A DNA stretch of 64,000 nt from an uncultured Hyphomicrobiales bacterium (lineage in GTDB: Bacteria > Bacteroidota > Ignavibacteria > Kapaibacteriales > UBA2268): contig CAZEMR010000004.1 of NCBI GenBank assembly GCA_964513465.1, positions 550 through 64,549 on the forward strand, given 5' to 3'. Of the stretch, positions 28,036 to 38,536 are shown piece by piece; positions within the stretch are counted from its first letter, which is position 1; each line of letters begins with the position of its first letter. Under the pieces are notes generated by a model that was given only the letters and a program-made list of their open reading frames with translations, had not been told where the DNA came from and did no database searches. The position numbers and the translations under genes are program-made.

Positions 28036-28815
28036 TTAAAAAATATATCCGAATAGCGCATCGAGCACAAGTATTGTCGCCGCAGTCAGCGTAAATGCCC
28101 GCACTGTGCTGTTGCCAACCCCTTCGGCGCCGCCCGAGGTGGAATACCCCACATGGCAGCCGATCAGAGCGGTAACCCCGCCGAAGACAAAGGATTTGAC
28201 CAGACCGGTGATTACCTCGCTCAGGCGGAAGAATTTCTGGACCGATTCGAAATAAATCGCACCGCTGAAGTCGAATTTGACCAGTGTCAATAAATAGCCT
28301 CCAAGCAGAGCCACCACGTTCGAAAACACCACCAGCACCGGCATCATCAGAAATGCGGCCACAACGCGCGGCATTCCGAGGAAGCGGTCTTTGTCGATGG
28401 CCATCATCTCGAGGGCGTCTATTTGCTCGCTGACCTTCATTGTGCCGATCTGTGCGGCCATAGCACCGCCGACACGTCCGGCGATCACGAGCGCAGTCAG
28501 CACGGGCGAAAGCTCGGTGAATACAACGGTCGCAATTGATGAGCCGATATATGGCCGGGCGATCGAAACCAGATTGAATTTCGAGAAAAGATTGGTGGCC
28601 TGCAGTGCGGCGATGGCGCCGGTGAACGAGCCGATTAGTATCACCAGCGGCAGAGAATCCGCGCCGATAATGGCCATTTGCTGTATAACAAGCCGGCGGT
28701 CGCGGTATATCCTTGGCAGATAGCGGATTACGTTTTTGAGCATAATCACGATCTGTCCGAATTCCCCAAAGAAATTCATCACGCCGCGTCCTATTCGCGC
28801 AATTACATTAAGCAT
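28036..28815 (-). CDS. mlaE: MlaE/Ttg2B-family ABC transporter permease
   Basis: 259 aa. 'QMAIIGADSLPLVILIGSFTGAIAALQ' and overall MlaE/YrbE topology and length. Confidence 0.85.
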   Translation of the reverse strand: MLNVIARIGRGVMNFFGEFGQIVIMLKNVIRYLPRIYRDRRLVIQQMAIIGADSLPLVILIGSFTGAIAALQATNLFSKFNLVSIARPYIGSSIATVVFTELSPVLTALVIAGRVGGAMAAQIGTMKVSEQIDALEMMAIDKDRFLGMPRVVAAFLMMPVLVVFSNVVALLGGYLLTLVKFDFSGAIYFESVQKFFRLSEVITGLVKSFVFGGVTALIGCHVGYSTSGGAEGVGNSTVRAFTLTAATILVLDALFGYIF

Positions 28816-28991
28816 TTAATTATTGCTTTCTCATTAATTCCGGAAAAACAAAATTAAGCCTTTGCGGGCAATTATGGAAAAAATTTCCCATGAAGCGCAA
28901 TTTTATATATTTTTGTCCTAAGTATCACAGGTTATGAAACATCCGACGCAGTTTGCTGTTATTATTATAATAAAATTTTACGGAATTACAC

Positions 28992-31025
28992 ATGAGAACT
29001 TTATATATATATGTAATTATCGCTGCCATGCTTATACCAGGCATTACTGCATCGGCGGACGAAGAAGTTAAAAAGCGCGCGGTGATGATCGCAGCCGAAG
29101 TCGACAGCAGCGATTCGCCATCTATCACGCTTAGCTGGCCGCAGGATACGGCGGTGAGCTATACGGTATCCCGCAAGGAAGTCACTGGCAGCGATTTCGA
29201 TCATTTCGTCGGAGTGGCCGATAGCGGTGCGACCTCGCTTACGGACAAGGATGTCCGTCGGGGCGTCCATTACGAATATAAAATCATCAAGGCATATCGC
29301 GATTTCGACGGCTGGGGCTATGTCAGCGCGGGGTTCGACGTCGCCCTGCCCGACCACAAAGGGCGCATCCTCGTGTTGGTGGATTACACCGTCCGCGAGC
29401 AAATCCCCGATGCAATCAACCGCTACCAGCGCGGCCTGACGGCCGATGGCTGGCAGGCAAAGGTAGTCAGCGTACCACGCAGCGAGCAGTTCAATCCCCG
29501 CGCGGTAATTAATATCAGGCAGATAATCCGCGCCGAGCACGAACGAGATTCGCTCCGGGCGGTGGTGCTGCTGGGCCGGGTGCCGGTCGCTTATTCCGGT
29601 GATTATGCGATCGACGGCCACAGCGAACACATCGGCGCATGGCCCGCCGACCCATTCTATGCCGAGCTGGACGGAATATGGACGGATTCCTCGGCCGAGG
29701 TACTCGCTACCTCGCGCTACCAGAATATTAATTCGATCGGCGACGGAAAATACGACCAAATATTCATCCCCACAAAGCTGGAGCTCGAAATCGGGCGCAT
29801 CGACTTTTTCGATCTGCCGGACTACCCCCAATCGGAAATTAAATTAATCGAAAATTATCTTGATAAGAATCAAAAATTCCGCTATGGCGAAATCCGACCC
29901 CGCCGCATGGGAATAATCACAGATAATTTCGGGATGTACAGCAACGAGGCTTTCGCCGCAGACGGCTGGATCAACCTTTCGGCGCTGGTGGGCTACGAAA
30001 ACATAAGCGAGGCGTCGATGCGCTACGAAATGCGCGACAAAAGCTTCATGTGGGCGTATGGATGCGGATCGGGCACTTACTACGCCTGCCACGAAGTCGC
30101 TTACCCCGAAACATACGTCGGGGTCGATCAGCACTGCGCGTTTGTAATGCTCTTCGGCTCGCGATTCGGCGACTGGGACAGCCGCAATAATATCATGCGC
30201 ATAATCGCGGCCTCGGCTCCGATGGTGCAGAACGTCGTGTGGGCAGCACGGCCATTCTGGCATTTCCACCAGATGGGAATGGGCGAAACCATCGGCTATT
30301 GCGGCAAAGTAAGCATGAACAACGTAAGAACTTACGAATCATCCGGGCAAGGTGGCCAACACTAGGCGGACATGGCGTGATATGGCTACCACCAGTCGCA
30401 TATGGCGTTGCTGGGCGACCCGACTATGAAGATGTACGTGGCGCCGCCCCCTGGCGAGGTATCCGCTGAGCTAACCGAACCCGGCGACGCCGAGCTTAGC
30501 TGGGCGCACGCTGATGGCGAAATATTCGGATATAATTTATATCGCGCAGCGAATTATGAAGATAAATTCGAGCGGATTAATGCGAATATTATTCACGAAA
30601 ACTCATACGTCGACCGCGCGCCGCTCACCGGACGAAATATTTATCTGGTGCGCAGCGTAAAACGCGAAGAATCGCAGACCGGCTCATTTTTCCATCAGAG
30701 CGCCGGACGATTTGCCGAAATTATATCGGAAACCGATACGGTTGCGGCCAGTGGTCTTGAGATCGAAGTATACCCCAATCCCGCCAGCGAGTCAGTATCG
30801 ATCGAAATTTCGCTGGAATCGGAAAATCATCTGACTATAAATATATACGATCAGAACGGCCGTCGGGTCGCTTCGCCGGTCGATGGAGTTTATCCGGCCG
30901 GCGATCATATCTTCCCATGGGATTTACGCGACGATTCTGGCGAACGGGTCGTACCGGGAGTGTATATCGCATCTGCGGCAGCGGGCGTTTATGTTGCGAC
31001 GATAGAGTTAATTATTTTGCCATAA
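28992..31025 (+). pseudogene. gingipain/C25-like (clan CD) secreted protein with T9SS CTD, interrupted by two in-frame stop codons
   Basis: 28992..30365 has the signal peptide and catalytic-domain homolog ('GRILVLVDYTVREQIPDAINRYQRGL', 'VVLLGRVPVAYSGDYAIDGHSEHIGAWPAD', 'LFGSRFGDWDSRNN'). Same frame continues at 30381..31025 ('MALLGDPT...' plus type-A CTD 'VYPNPASESVSIEI...GVYVATIELIILP'). TAG at 30363-30365 and TGA at 30378-30380 separate the halves. Collinear with the intact paralog 31103..33211. Confidence 0.6.
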
Positions 31026-31102
31026 GTTTTTGAATATTTTGTAATTATTTATAAATTCCGGGAATTTGTGAAATGAATTCATTCACCAATCCCGGAGTTC
31101 TC

Positions 31103-33211
31103 ATGAATAAATTATTTACTCTTTTATTATTACCAATATTTCTTCTTATTTCGAATAATCTTTCCGCGCAGGATGCCCGCGATTTCAGCGTGGGAATCAG
31201 CGCCGAAGTCATCACCGTGCCTTCCGAAATGATAGAGCTGACGCTGACGGCATCCGACAGCGCCACGTATTTTACGATTTACCGAAAAAAAATCGGCACG
31301 ATGTTCTGGGGCAGCCCGATTGCCGAATTCCCGGCAAGCCAGACGGTCTATCAGGATACTGACGTCAGAGCCGGAGATGCTTATGAATACAAAGTATTCG
31401 CACTCTGCGAGTACGTATCGACTATTGGCGGCAATCCGCATGAATTCCATTACGACGCAACCGGTTATATCTGCGTTGGATTCGATTCGCCGCCGGTGGA
31501 GCCCTTCGGCACCGTATTGCTGCTGATCGACGAGACTCTCGAGCTGCCGCTGGCCACCGAAATTGCCCGGCTCGAAAACGACCTTCGTGCCGAATCATGG
31601 GGTGTGGCGACGCATTATGTTGCGCGATGCGAGGAATTTTCGGCGCAGGAAGTACAGAACAATCATGATATAATTGCGGCAGAATATTCGCAAAATCCAA
31701 ACCTGAGCGCAGTGCTGCTGCTCGGGCGGGTTGCGGTGCCCTATTCCGGGAATATCTATCCGGACGGCCATACCAATCACATCGGCGCATGGCCTGCGGA
31801 TGTGTTTTATTCATTCACCGACGACAGCCGCTGGACGGATACTGATGTGATGAACGACACCGCCGCCCGCGCGCAGAACCACAACATCCCGGGCGACGGC
31901 AAGTTCGACCAGTCGATACTCCCCGGCGCTGCGGAGCTTATGGTCGGCCGCATTGATTTTTACGATATGCCGGCATTCGAAGATTCGGAGATCGAGTTAT
32001 TAAGAAAATATCTTGAAAAAGATCATAAATTCCGCACCGGACAAATGGATATCCGCGATATGGGTCTCGTTCAGGATAATTTCCAGCCTCGTAAATTCAG
32101 TTATACGGAATGTTTCGCATCGTCCGGCTGGCGCAATTTCCAGACATTCTTCGGCCCGGAAAACGTCAAAGAGCTCGACTGGCTCGACGAACTATCGACG
32201 CAGTCCTATTTATGCGCATACGGCACCGGCCCGGGCGGCTACTCGAGCTGCGGCGGAATTGTCAACTCCGGCGAGCTGGCCGCCAATCCCACAAACGCCG
32301 TATTCACAATGCTTTTCGGATCCTACTTCGGCGACTGGGACAGCCGCAATAATGTTATGCGCGCGGCGCTTGCATCCGAGCCCTCCGTGCTGACATGCTC
32401 GTGGACTGCGCGGCCGCACTGGTTTCTGCATTTCATGGGGCTGGACTATCCGATCGGCCAATCGACGGTGATTTCGCAAAATAATCTTGCGGAATATGTT
32501 CCATTTGTATTCCGCGTATTTCCCGATCCGCGATTCAGCCCGGGAACAACACGCTCGATTGGCAATGGCTGGGTACACATTGCGCTAATGGGCGATCCCA
32601 CGCTGCGCCTGCATTCGGGCAAAGTCGCCGCGCCGGATAATCTGGCGCTTGCGCAGATCGGTCTGCACTTGTTCGAATTAACATGGGAGAATTCAAATCA
32701 CGACGCGGACACGAAGTATTATATATATCGCGCAACTTCGCCCACCGGCGCTTTCGAACGAATCACCGATGAACCCATCGCTGGGATGACATATCGCGAT
32801 GAATTCGACTACACCGGCGAGCTTTATTATCTCGTGCGACCGGCAAAGCTTACCGCCGCCAACAATGGCCGCTTCTGGATAGAAGGGCCAGGCGTGACGG
32901 CAGACATAATCGCCACCGGAGTCGAGGATATTTCGCTGGAAGCATCTCTTGTAGCAGCGCCCAATCCAGCTTCGACGAATGTGGACATCCGGATAACGCT
33001 CCCTACGGACGGCCATCTGCGCGCGGATATATTCGATCAGCAGGGGCAGGCAATACGCAGCATCGATGCGGGATACGCAATCGCCGGAGAGCACCGCATG
33101 GCGTGGAATCTCCGGGATGAATCGGGCGAGCGGGTAGCAGCGGGAGTATATTTCCTCCGAATCAATACCGGTAAGAAAATATTTTACGAAAAAATCGCGG
33201 TTATGCCTTAA
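31103..33211 (+). CDS. gingipain/C25-like (clan CD caspase-fold) secreted protein, T9SS cargo
   Basis: Signal peptide 'MNKLFTLLLLPIFLLISNNLSAQD'. Segments resembling the peptidase C25 catalytic domain ('GTVLLLIDETLELPLATEIARLENDLRAESW', 'LLLGRVAVPYSGNIYPDGHTNHIGAWPAD', 'LFGSYFGDWDSRNN', 'IALMGDPTLRLH'). FN3-like region. Type-A CTD 'APNPASTNVDIRI...GVYFLRINTGKKIFYEKIAVMP'. Confidence 0.7.
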   Translation: MNKLFTLLLLPIFLLISNNLSAQDARDFSVGISAEVITVPSEMIELTLTASDSATYFTIYRKKIGTMFWGSPIAEFPASQTVYQDTDVRAGDAYEYKVFALCEYVSTIGGNPHEFHYDATGYICVGFDSPPVEPFGTVLLLIDETLELPLATEIARLENDLRAESWGVATHYVARCEEFSAQEVQNNHDIIAAEYSQNPNLSAVLLLGRVAVPYSGNIYPDGHTNHIGAWPADVFYSFTDDSRWTDTDVMNDTAARAQNHNIPGDGKFDQSILPGAAELMVGRIDFYDMPAFEDSEIELLRKYLEKDHKFRTGQMDIRDMGLVQDNFQPRKFSYTECFASSGWRNFQTFFGPENVKELDWLDELSTQSYLCAYGTGPGGYSSCGGIVNSGELAANPTNAVFTMLFGSYFGDWDSRNNVMRAALASEPSVLTCSWTARPHWFLHFMGLDYPIGQSTVISQNNLAEYVPFVFRVFPDPRFSPGTTRSIGNGWVHIALMGDPTLRLHSGKVAAPDNLALAQIGLHLFELTWENSNHDADTKYYIYRATSPTGAFERITDEPIAGMTYRDEFDYTGELYYLVRPAKLTAANNGRFWIEGPGVTADIIATGVEDISLEASLVAAPNPASTNVDIRITLPTDGHLRADIFDQQGQAIRSIDAGYAIAGEHRMAWNLRDESGERVAAGVYFLRINTGKKIFYEKIAVMP

Positions 33212-33234
33212 TATTGTTTTTTAAAAATATTCTA

Positions 33235-33268
33235 AGACAGGTCTTTCGGGGGCCTGTCTTTTTTTATT
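33235..33268 (+). terminator. rho-independent terminator after the C25-like gene
   Basis: AGACAGGTC-tttcgggg-GCCTGTCT hairpin followed by T7. Confidence 0.65.
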
Positions 33269-33403
33269 TATTGCTTTCGGTAAGGTGCAGGATTGCCGAC
33301 TGCATATTTTGCTTTTGAAAATGATTCGCCGGAGATAGCCGAGTATTACAATTAATCGATTTTTTGTTATCTTAAATATATATATTCACACCGGAAAGCA
33401 TTT

Positions 33404-34378
33404 ATGTTCAATTATATACACAGGCTTTATCATCCGGACATATTCCAGGGCAAATCCCAAAACGGCTATTTCGAAGGATGGTATTTCAAGCAGGTAGCAG
33501 CCGACCAATCCCGCGTTGCCGCAGTTATTCCGGGCATTTCGCACTCCGGAGAGTCGCATGCGTTTATTCAGTATATCGACTCCGAAATGGACCGCCCACG
33601 CTACTATTCCTTTCCGCCGGAGCAATTCAGCTATTCCCGCAGGGATTTCCGCGTCAGAATCGGCAGCAGCATTTTCACGCGTGATTACATGACGCTGGAC
33701 ATCTCGCGCGACGACGAAAGCCTGAAGGGCGAGATCGAGTTCCGCAACTTGCGCCCCTACCCGGTTTCGGCGTTGAGCCCGGGGATCATGGGCTGGTACG
33801 CATTTGTGCCATTTATGGAATGCTACCACGGAGTCGTTTCGATGCGCCACACCCTGAGCGGGTGGCTGGATTTTGGCGGGAAAACCACCGACTTCACGGG
33901 CGGCGCCGGGTATATCGAAAAGGACTGGGGCACATCGTTCCCATCGACCTGGATCTGGGCGCAATCGAATAATTTCAGCGACCGTGAGGCCTCGTTCATG
34001 CTGTCGGTTGCCAAAATCCCCTGGCTGGGGAATTACTTCACCGGGCATCTCTGCTTTTTGTGGATTGCCGGGAAATTATATAGATTAATGACATACACCG
34101 GCTCGAAGATCGAGAAAATATCGCTGGATAGCGATTCCATGAATTGCATAATATCCGATAAGCAGCATCGGATAAAAATCACCGCCCGGAACAGCGCCGG
34201 CGGCGAACTCAAAGCGCCGGTCAGCGGGAAAATGGACCGCGTGATTAAGGAAAGCCTCGATGCGGATATACATATAGTCCTCGAGAATAGCGACCGCGAC
34301 GTAATATTCGAGGGTCACGGCCGCGCCGGCGGTTTCGAATTCAGCGGCGACATGGGCGAGCTGATTTCGGGGATATGA
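33404..34378 (+). CDS. tocopherol-cyclase-like (VTE1/SXD1 family) protein
   Basis: 324 aa. N-terminal 'HPDIFQGKSQNGYFEGWYFK' and later 'GGAGYIEKDWGTSFPSTWIWAQSN'. These match my recollection of the plant/cyanobacterial tocopherol cyclase signatures (FFEGWYFK; EKDWG). Confidence 0.55.
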   Translation: MFNYIHRLYHPDIFQGKSQNGYFEGWYFKQVAADQSRVAAVIPGISHSGESHAFIQYIDSEMDRPRYYSFPPEQFSYSRRDFRVRIGSSIFTRDYMTLDISRDDESLKGEIEFRNLRPYPVSALSPGIMGWYAFVPFMECYHGVVSMRHTLSGWLDFGGKTTDFTGGAGYIEKDWGTSFPSTWIWAQSNNFSDREASFMLSVAKIPWLGNYFTGHLCFLWIAGKLYRLMTYTGSKIEKISLDSDSMNCIISDKQHRIKITARNSAGGELKAPVSGKMDRVIKESLDADIHIVLENSDRDVIFEGHGRAGGFEFSGDMGELISGI

Positions 34379-34529
34379 CGGCCGCTCCAGCGGTACTGGC
34401 GGCAGTGCGGTATTTCATCCGCACCTTGTCATCGCGAGGAGCAAGGCGACGAAGAAATCTCATTTCAATTTCAGAAGAGAGACTGCGTCGCTAAAGTTCG
34501 CAGTGACGATCGTTCGTGATGCAGTAAAC

Positions 34530-37500
34530 CTACGAGCACCCGCTGGTGCCGCCGCAATCCTCGCATACGGTGCAGCTGCCGTTGCGCTTGACCCGCATCG
34601 AGCCGCAGTTCATGCACTGTTCGCCGGTATAGCCGAAGCTGCGCGCGTCGTTGGATGTCGTCACCTTCACCTTTGGCTTATGGCCGTTGCCGTTGACCAC
34701 ACCAGTCGAGAGCGGACTGGCCTGTTCGCCGACTGCCTCGGTCTGCGATGCTGCCGGCGGTTCGGGTTCTTTCGCCGGGGCCGGCTTGCGCTCGGTTTCG
34801 CCGGTGTCCTCCTTATCGCTTTCCTGCGATGGGGGCTCTTCTTTAGTGCCGGATTCCGGAGTATCGTTGTGCTGTTCGTGGCCGTTATCCTCATCGACTG
34901 CCTTGACATGTACGAAGTCCGTACGATTAAGGTAATCATAACCCAGCGAGCGGAATACGTAATCGAGGATCGACGTTGCGTTGCGGATGGCTTCGTGGCC
35001 GGAGACGATGCCCTGCGGCTCGAACCGCGTAAAGGTGAACGTATCGACCAGCTCCTGCAGCGGGATACCGTACTGCAGCGCCTTGGATGCGAGTATTGCA
35101 AAGCTGTTCAGCAATCCGCGGAACGATGCGCCTTCTTTATACATATCGATGAAAATTTCGCCAAGCGAGCCGTCGTCGTATTCGCCTGTGCGGAGGTAAA
35201 CCTTGTGGCCGGATACCATTGCCTCGCGGATATGGCCGTGGCGCTTGCCGGGCAGCTTCGTGCGTTTCGGGCGGCTGACGCGTTCGCTGATTTTCTCCTG
35301 AACTTCGCGGGGACCCTGTGTTTCGTCGAGCGTGTCTTCGTCGCCGAGCGTGACGATTTCGTCGAGGTCTTCGTAGTTCGATGCGCTGAGCGGCTGCGAC
35401 AGCTTGGAGCCCTCGCGGTAGATGGCGATTGCCTTGACCATCATTTTCCATGATTTCATATAAACTTCGCCGATGTCGGTCACCGAGGCCTCGCGGGTCA
35501 TATTGACCGTCTTCGAGATTGCGCCCGAAATAAACGGCTGGGCGGCGGCCATCATCCGCACATGCGCCATGTGGCGGATATAGCGCTCGCCGCGGCGTCC
35601 GCATTTGCTGGCGGTGTCGAATATCGGCAGATGCTCGTCCTTCAGATTGGGCGCACCCTCGATCATCATGGTGCCGCAGACGTAGTCGTTGGCTTTTTCG
35701 ATCTGCTCGTCGGAATAGCCCAATTCTTTAAGTAAATTGAAATTAGGGCTCTGAATACTTTCTTCGGAAAAGCCGATTTTTTTCAGGAAATTCTCGCCGA
35801 GCGCATGTTTATTAAATGCGAATTTAATATCGAATACATCGCCGAGCTGATCCTCGATTTCCTTGATTTTCTCGTCGGTAAATCCTTTTGATTTCAAAGA
35901 TTTTTTGTTAATCTCGGGGCATCCGCGAAGGGTACCGTGCCCGAGGCTGTATTTCTCGATATCCTCGATCTCTTTTTCGGTATAGCCCAGGTGGTTGAGC
36001 GCCTTGCGGACGGAATTATTTACAATTTTGAAATATCCGCCGCCTGCCAGCTTTTTATATTTAACAATAGCGAAATCAGGCTCAATGCCAGTGGTGTCGC
36101 AGTCCATCACCAGACCGATCGTCCCGGTCGGCGCCAGCACCGATACCTGTGCATTGCGGAAGCCATATTCGCCGCCAAGCGTCAGCGCGCGGTCCCAAGA
36201 TTCGCGGGCGGCCTTGAGCAATTGCTCCGGCGCGAGAGATTTATCGATACCCATCGGCTTTATCGTGAGGCCTTCGTATTCCTCGGGGGTCGCGCTGTAT
36301 GCGGCGCGGCGGTGATTGCGGATAACGCGGAGCATCTCCTCCTTATTATCATTGAATTTCGGGAATGCTCCCAATTGCTGCGCCATCTCGGCGGATGCGG
36401 CATACGATTCGCCCGTCAGCAGCGCGGTGATTGCTCCGGCAACTGCCAGCGCCTTTTCGGAATCGTATGGAATTGCGCTTACCATCAATAGCGACCCCAG
36501 ATTGGCGTAGCCAAGGCCCAGCGTCCTGAAATCATAGCTAAGCTGGGCGACCTTCCGCGAGGGGAACTGCGCCATCAGCACTGATATTTCGAGCACTATC
36601 GTCCAGATTCGCACCGCGTGGCGGAAATCGTCGATTTTGAATTCGCCGCTCTCTTCGTCGAGGAATTTCATCAGATTCAGGCTCGCCAGATTGCATGCGG
36701 TGTCGTCGAGGAACATATACTCGCTGCAGGGGTTGCTCGCGTTGATGCGGCCCGACTGCGGGCATGTGTGCCATTCGTTGATCGTTGTGTCGTACTGCAA
36801 TCCCGGGTCGGCGCTCTTCCATGCGCTCATATTGATTTTCTCCCACAGCTCGCGGGCGCGGACTCGCTTGACGGTTTCGCCGGTGGTGCGGGATTTCAGA
36901 TCCCACATCTCGTCGGATTCGACTGCGCGCAGGAAGTCGTTGGTTACGCGCACGGAATTATTCGAATTCTGACCGCTGACCGTCAGGTAGGCCTCGCCTT
37001 CGTAATTCGTATCGAATTCCGAGGAATTAAGCTGGGTATAGCCCTGCTCGACGAGGTTGAGTGTGCGCATTATATAATTAAGCGGCACCCCGCGGTGCAG
37101 AGCCCTTTGGATAAGCTCATTCCGCTTCGGATTGGTTTTGCGATCGGCGCCGTGAGCCAGCGCTTCGTCCACGATAGCCGAGAGGAATTTGGAATTGACC
37201 TTCGAACCGGCCACCAGCGCGGCGACCTTTTCCTCTTCGCGGGCCTTCCACTGGATGAATGCCTCGACGTCGGGGTGATCGATATCGACTATGACCATTT
37301 TTGCTGCACGCCTTGTCGTACCGCCGGATTTGATAGCGCCGGCCGCACGGTCGAAAATTTTCAGAAAGCTCATAAGCCCCGACGAAACGCCTCCCCCCGA
37401 GAGAGTTTCGCCTTCGGCGCGAATATGCGAGAAATTTGTGCCGGTGCCGCTTCCGTATTTGAAGATTCTGGCTTCGCGCAGCGCCAGATCGAATATGCCG

Positions 37501-38084
37501 CCCTCGTTGATCAAGTCGTCGCGGACGGACTGGATGAAGCATGCGTGCGGCTGCGGCCGGGAGTATGCATCCTGCGACTTCTCTACCCTGCCGGTTTCGG
37601 GATTCACATAAAAATGCCCCTGCTTATTGCCGGTGATACCATATATATGATGAAGTCCGGTATTGAACCACTGCGGCGAATTCGGCGCTGCATATTGCGC
37701 AAGCAGAGTGTATGCGATTTCGTCATAAAATATTTTTGCGTCCTCGGGCGAATCGAAATAGCCATGCCGCTCGCCCCACATCCGCCATGTATCGGCCAGG
37801 CGACGCACAACCTGTTTTATTGAATTTTCGGCGCCATATTTTTGTTTGCCGTCTTCTTTGATCGGTTTGCCGTTGTCATCTTTGAGCGGCACTCCTGTTT
37901 TACGGAAATATTTCTGTGCGAGAATATCTGTAGCCATCTGCGACCAATGAGAGGGCACCTCGACGTCGTCCATTTTGAAAACGACCGAGCCGTCGGGATT
38001 ACGCAGCACGGAGGACCTTTTTTTATAATTAAACTGGTCGTAAACATCCGTGCCATCGCGGGTAAATCGTCTTTTAATTTTCAT
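34530..38084 (-). CDS. nrdJ: adenosylcobalamin-dependent (class II) ribonucleotide reductase, long form with C-terminal zinc ribbon
   Basis: 1184 aa. 'MKIKRRFTRDGTDVYDQF...', active-site 'NPCSEYMFLDDTACNLASLNL'. C-terminal 'CMNCGS...CTVCEDCGGTSGCS' CxxC-N-CxxC. No intein blocks detected. Confidence 0.9.
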   Translation of the reverse strand: MKIKRRFTRDGTDVYDQFNYKKRSSVLRNPDGSVVFKMDDVEVPSHWSQMATDILAQKYFRKTGVPLKDDNGKPIKEDGKQKYGAENSIKQVVRRLADTWRMWGERHGYFDSPEDAKIFYDEIAYTLLAQYAAPNSPQWFNTGLHHIYGITGNKQGHFYVNPETGRVEKSQDAYSRPQPHACFIQSVRDDLINEGGIFDLALREARIFKYGSGTGTNFSHIRAEGETLSGGGVSSGLMSFLKIFDRAAGAIKSGGTTRRAAKMVIVDIDHPDVEAFIQWKAREEEKVAALVAGSKVNSKFLSAIVDEALAHGADRKTNPKRNELIQRALHRGVPLNYIMRTLNLVEQGYTQLNSSEFDTNYEGEAYLTVSGQNSNNSVRVTNDFLRAVESDEMWDLKSRTTGETVKRVRARELWEKINMSAWKSADPGLQYDTTINEWHTCPQSGRINASNPCSEYMFLDDTACNLASLNLMKFLDEESGEFKIDDFRHAVRIWTIVLEISVLMAQFPSRKVAQLSYDFRTLGLGYANLGSLLMVSAIPYDSEKALAVAGAITALLTGESYAASAEMAQQLGAFPKFNDNKEEMLRVIRNHRRAAYSATPEEYEGLTIKPMGIDKSLAPEQLLKAARESWDRALTLGGEYGFRNAQVSVLAPTGTIGLVMDCDTTGIEPDFAIVKYKKLAGGGYFKIVNNSVRKALNHLGYTEKEIEDIEKYSLGHGTLRGCPEINKKSLKSKGFTDEKIKEIEDQLGDVFDIKFAFNKHALGENFLKKIGFSEESIQSPNFNLLKELGYSDEQIEKANDYVCGTMMIEGAPNLKDEHLPIFDTASKCGRRGERYIRHMAHVRMMAAAQPFISGAISKTVNMTREASVTDIGEVYMKSWKMMVKAIAIYREGSKLSQPLSASNYEDLDEIVTLGDEDTLDETQGPREVQEKISERVSRPKRTKLPGKRHGHIREAMVSGHKVYLRTGEYDDGSLGEIFIDMYKEGASFRGLLNSFAILASKALQYGIPLQELVDTFTFTRFEPQGIVSGHEAIRNATSILDYVFRSLGYDYLNRTDFVHVKAVDEDNGHEQHNDTPESGTKEEPPSQESDKEDTGETERKPAPAKEPEPPAASQTEAVGEQASPLSTGVVNGNGHKPKVKVTTSNDARSFGYTGEQCMNCGSMRVKRNGSCTVCEDCGGTSGCS

Positions 38085-38536
38085 ACCGGCACCTGATTTA
38101 TATCTAAAATTTTTGAATTATGTCTTTGAAAATTAAATAATTAAATTAAAATATTTTCATTATTCATAGCAGATTTTAATTGCTCAATCTGCGATTTTTG
38201 CAGATAGAAGGACGATAATATCGCCTTTAATTGTTTAAATAAAATATTGCTGGAAAGAGATTCAGCCCGAAGTCAACCTGCGATTTGACAAATATTTACC
38301 TCAATTCATACATATCAGTGCATTCAGCATTCGCCATAATAACCGCAAGGTCTGTTAATAACTTAGCGAATAATCGCTTTCAATATTTTTATCCGGCCAG
38401 TCGGTCATCACCAATTTTTCGATTGTTTTTCCGAAGCGGGGCTAAAATCCCATGCTAACATAGTTAATCATCTTGTCAAGAAAAAAGGAATTTTATCCAA
38501 ATATTATGCACACAAATCATTATATTGACGCACAAG

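Noticed and set aside
34503-37823. Plus-strand ORFs of 316 aa (34503..35453) and 401 aa (36618..37823) opposite nrdJ
   Set aside because: Antisense shadows of the unambiguous nrdJ reading frame. Arg/Ala-rich junk translations.
34530-38084. Intein in the unusually long NrdJ
   Set aside because: No intein blocks (A: Cys/Ser start with downstream TxxH; G: HN followed by Cys/Ser/Thr) are visible. The extra length is explained by a charged insertion and a Zn-ribbon tail.
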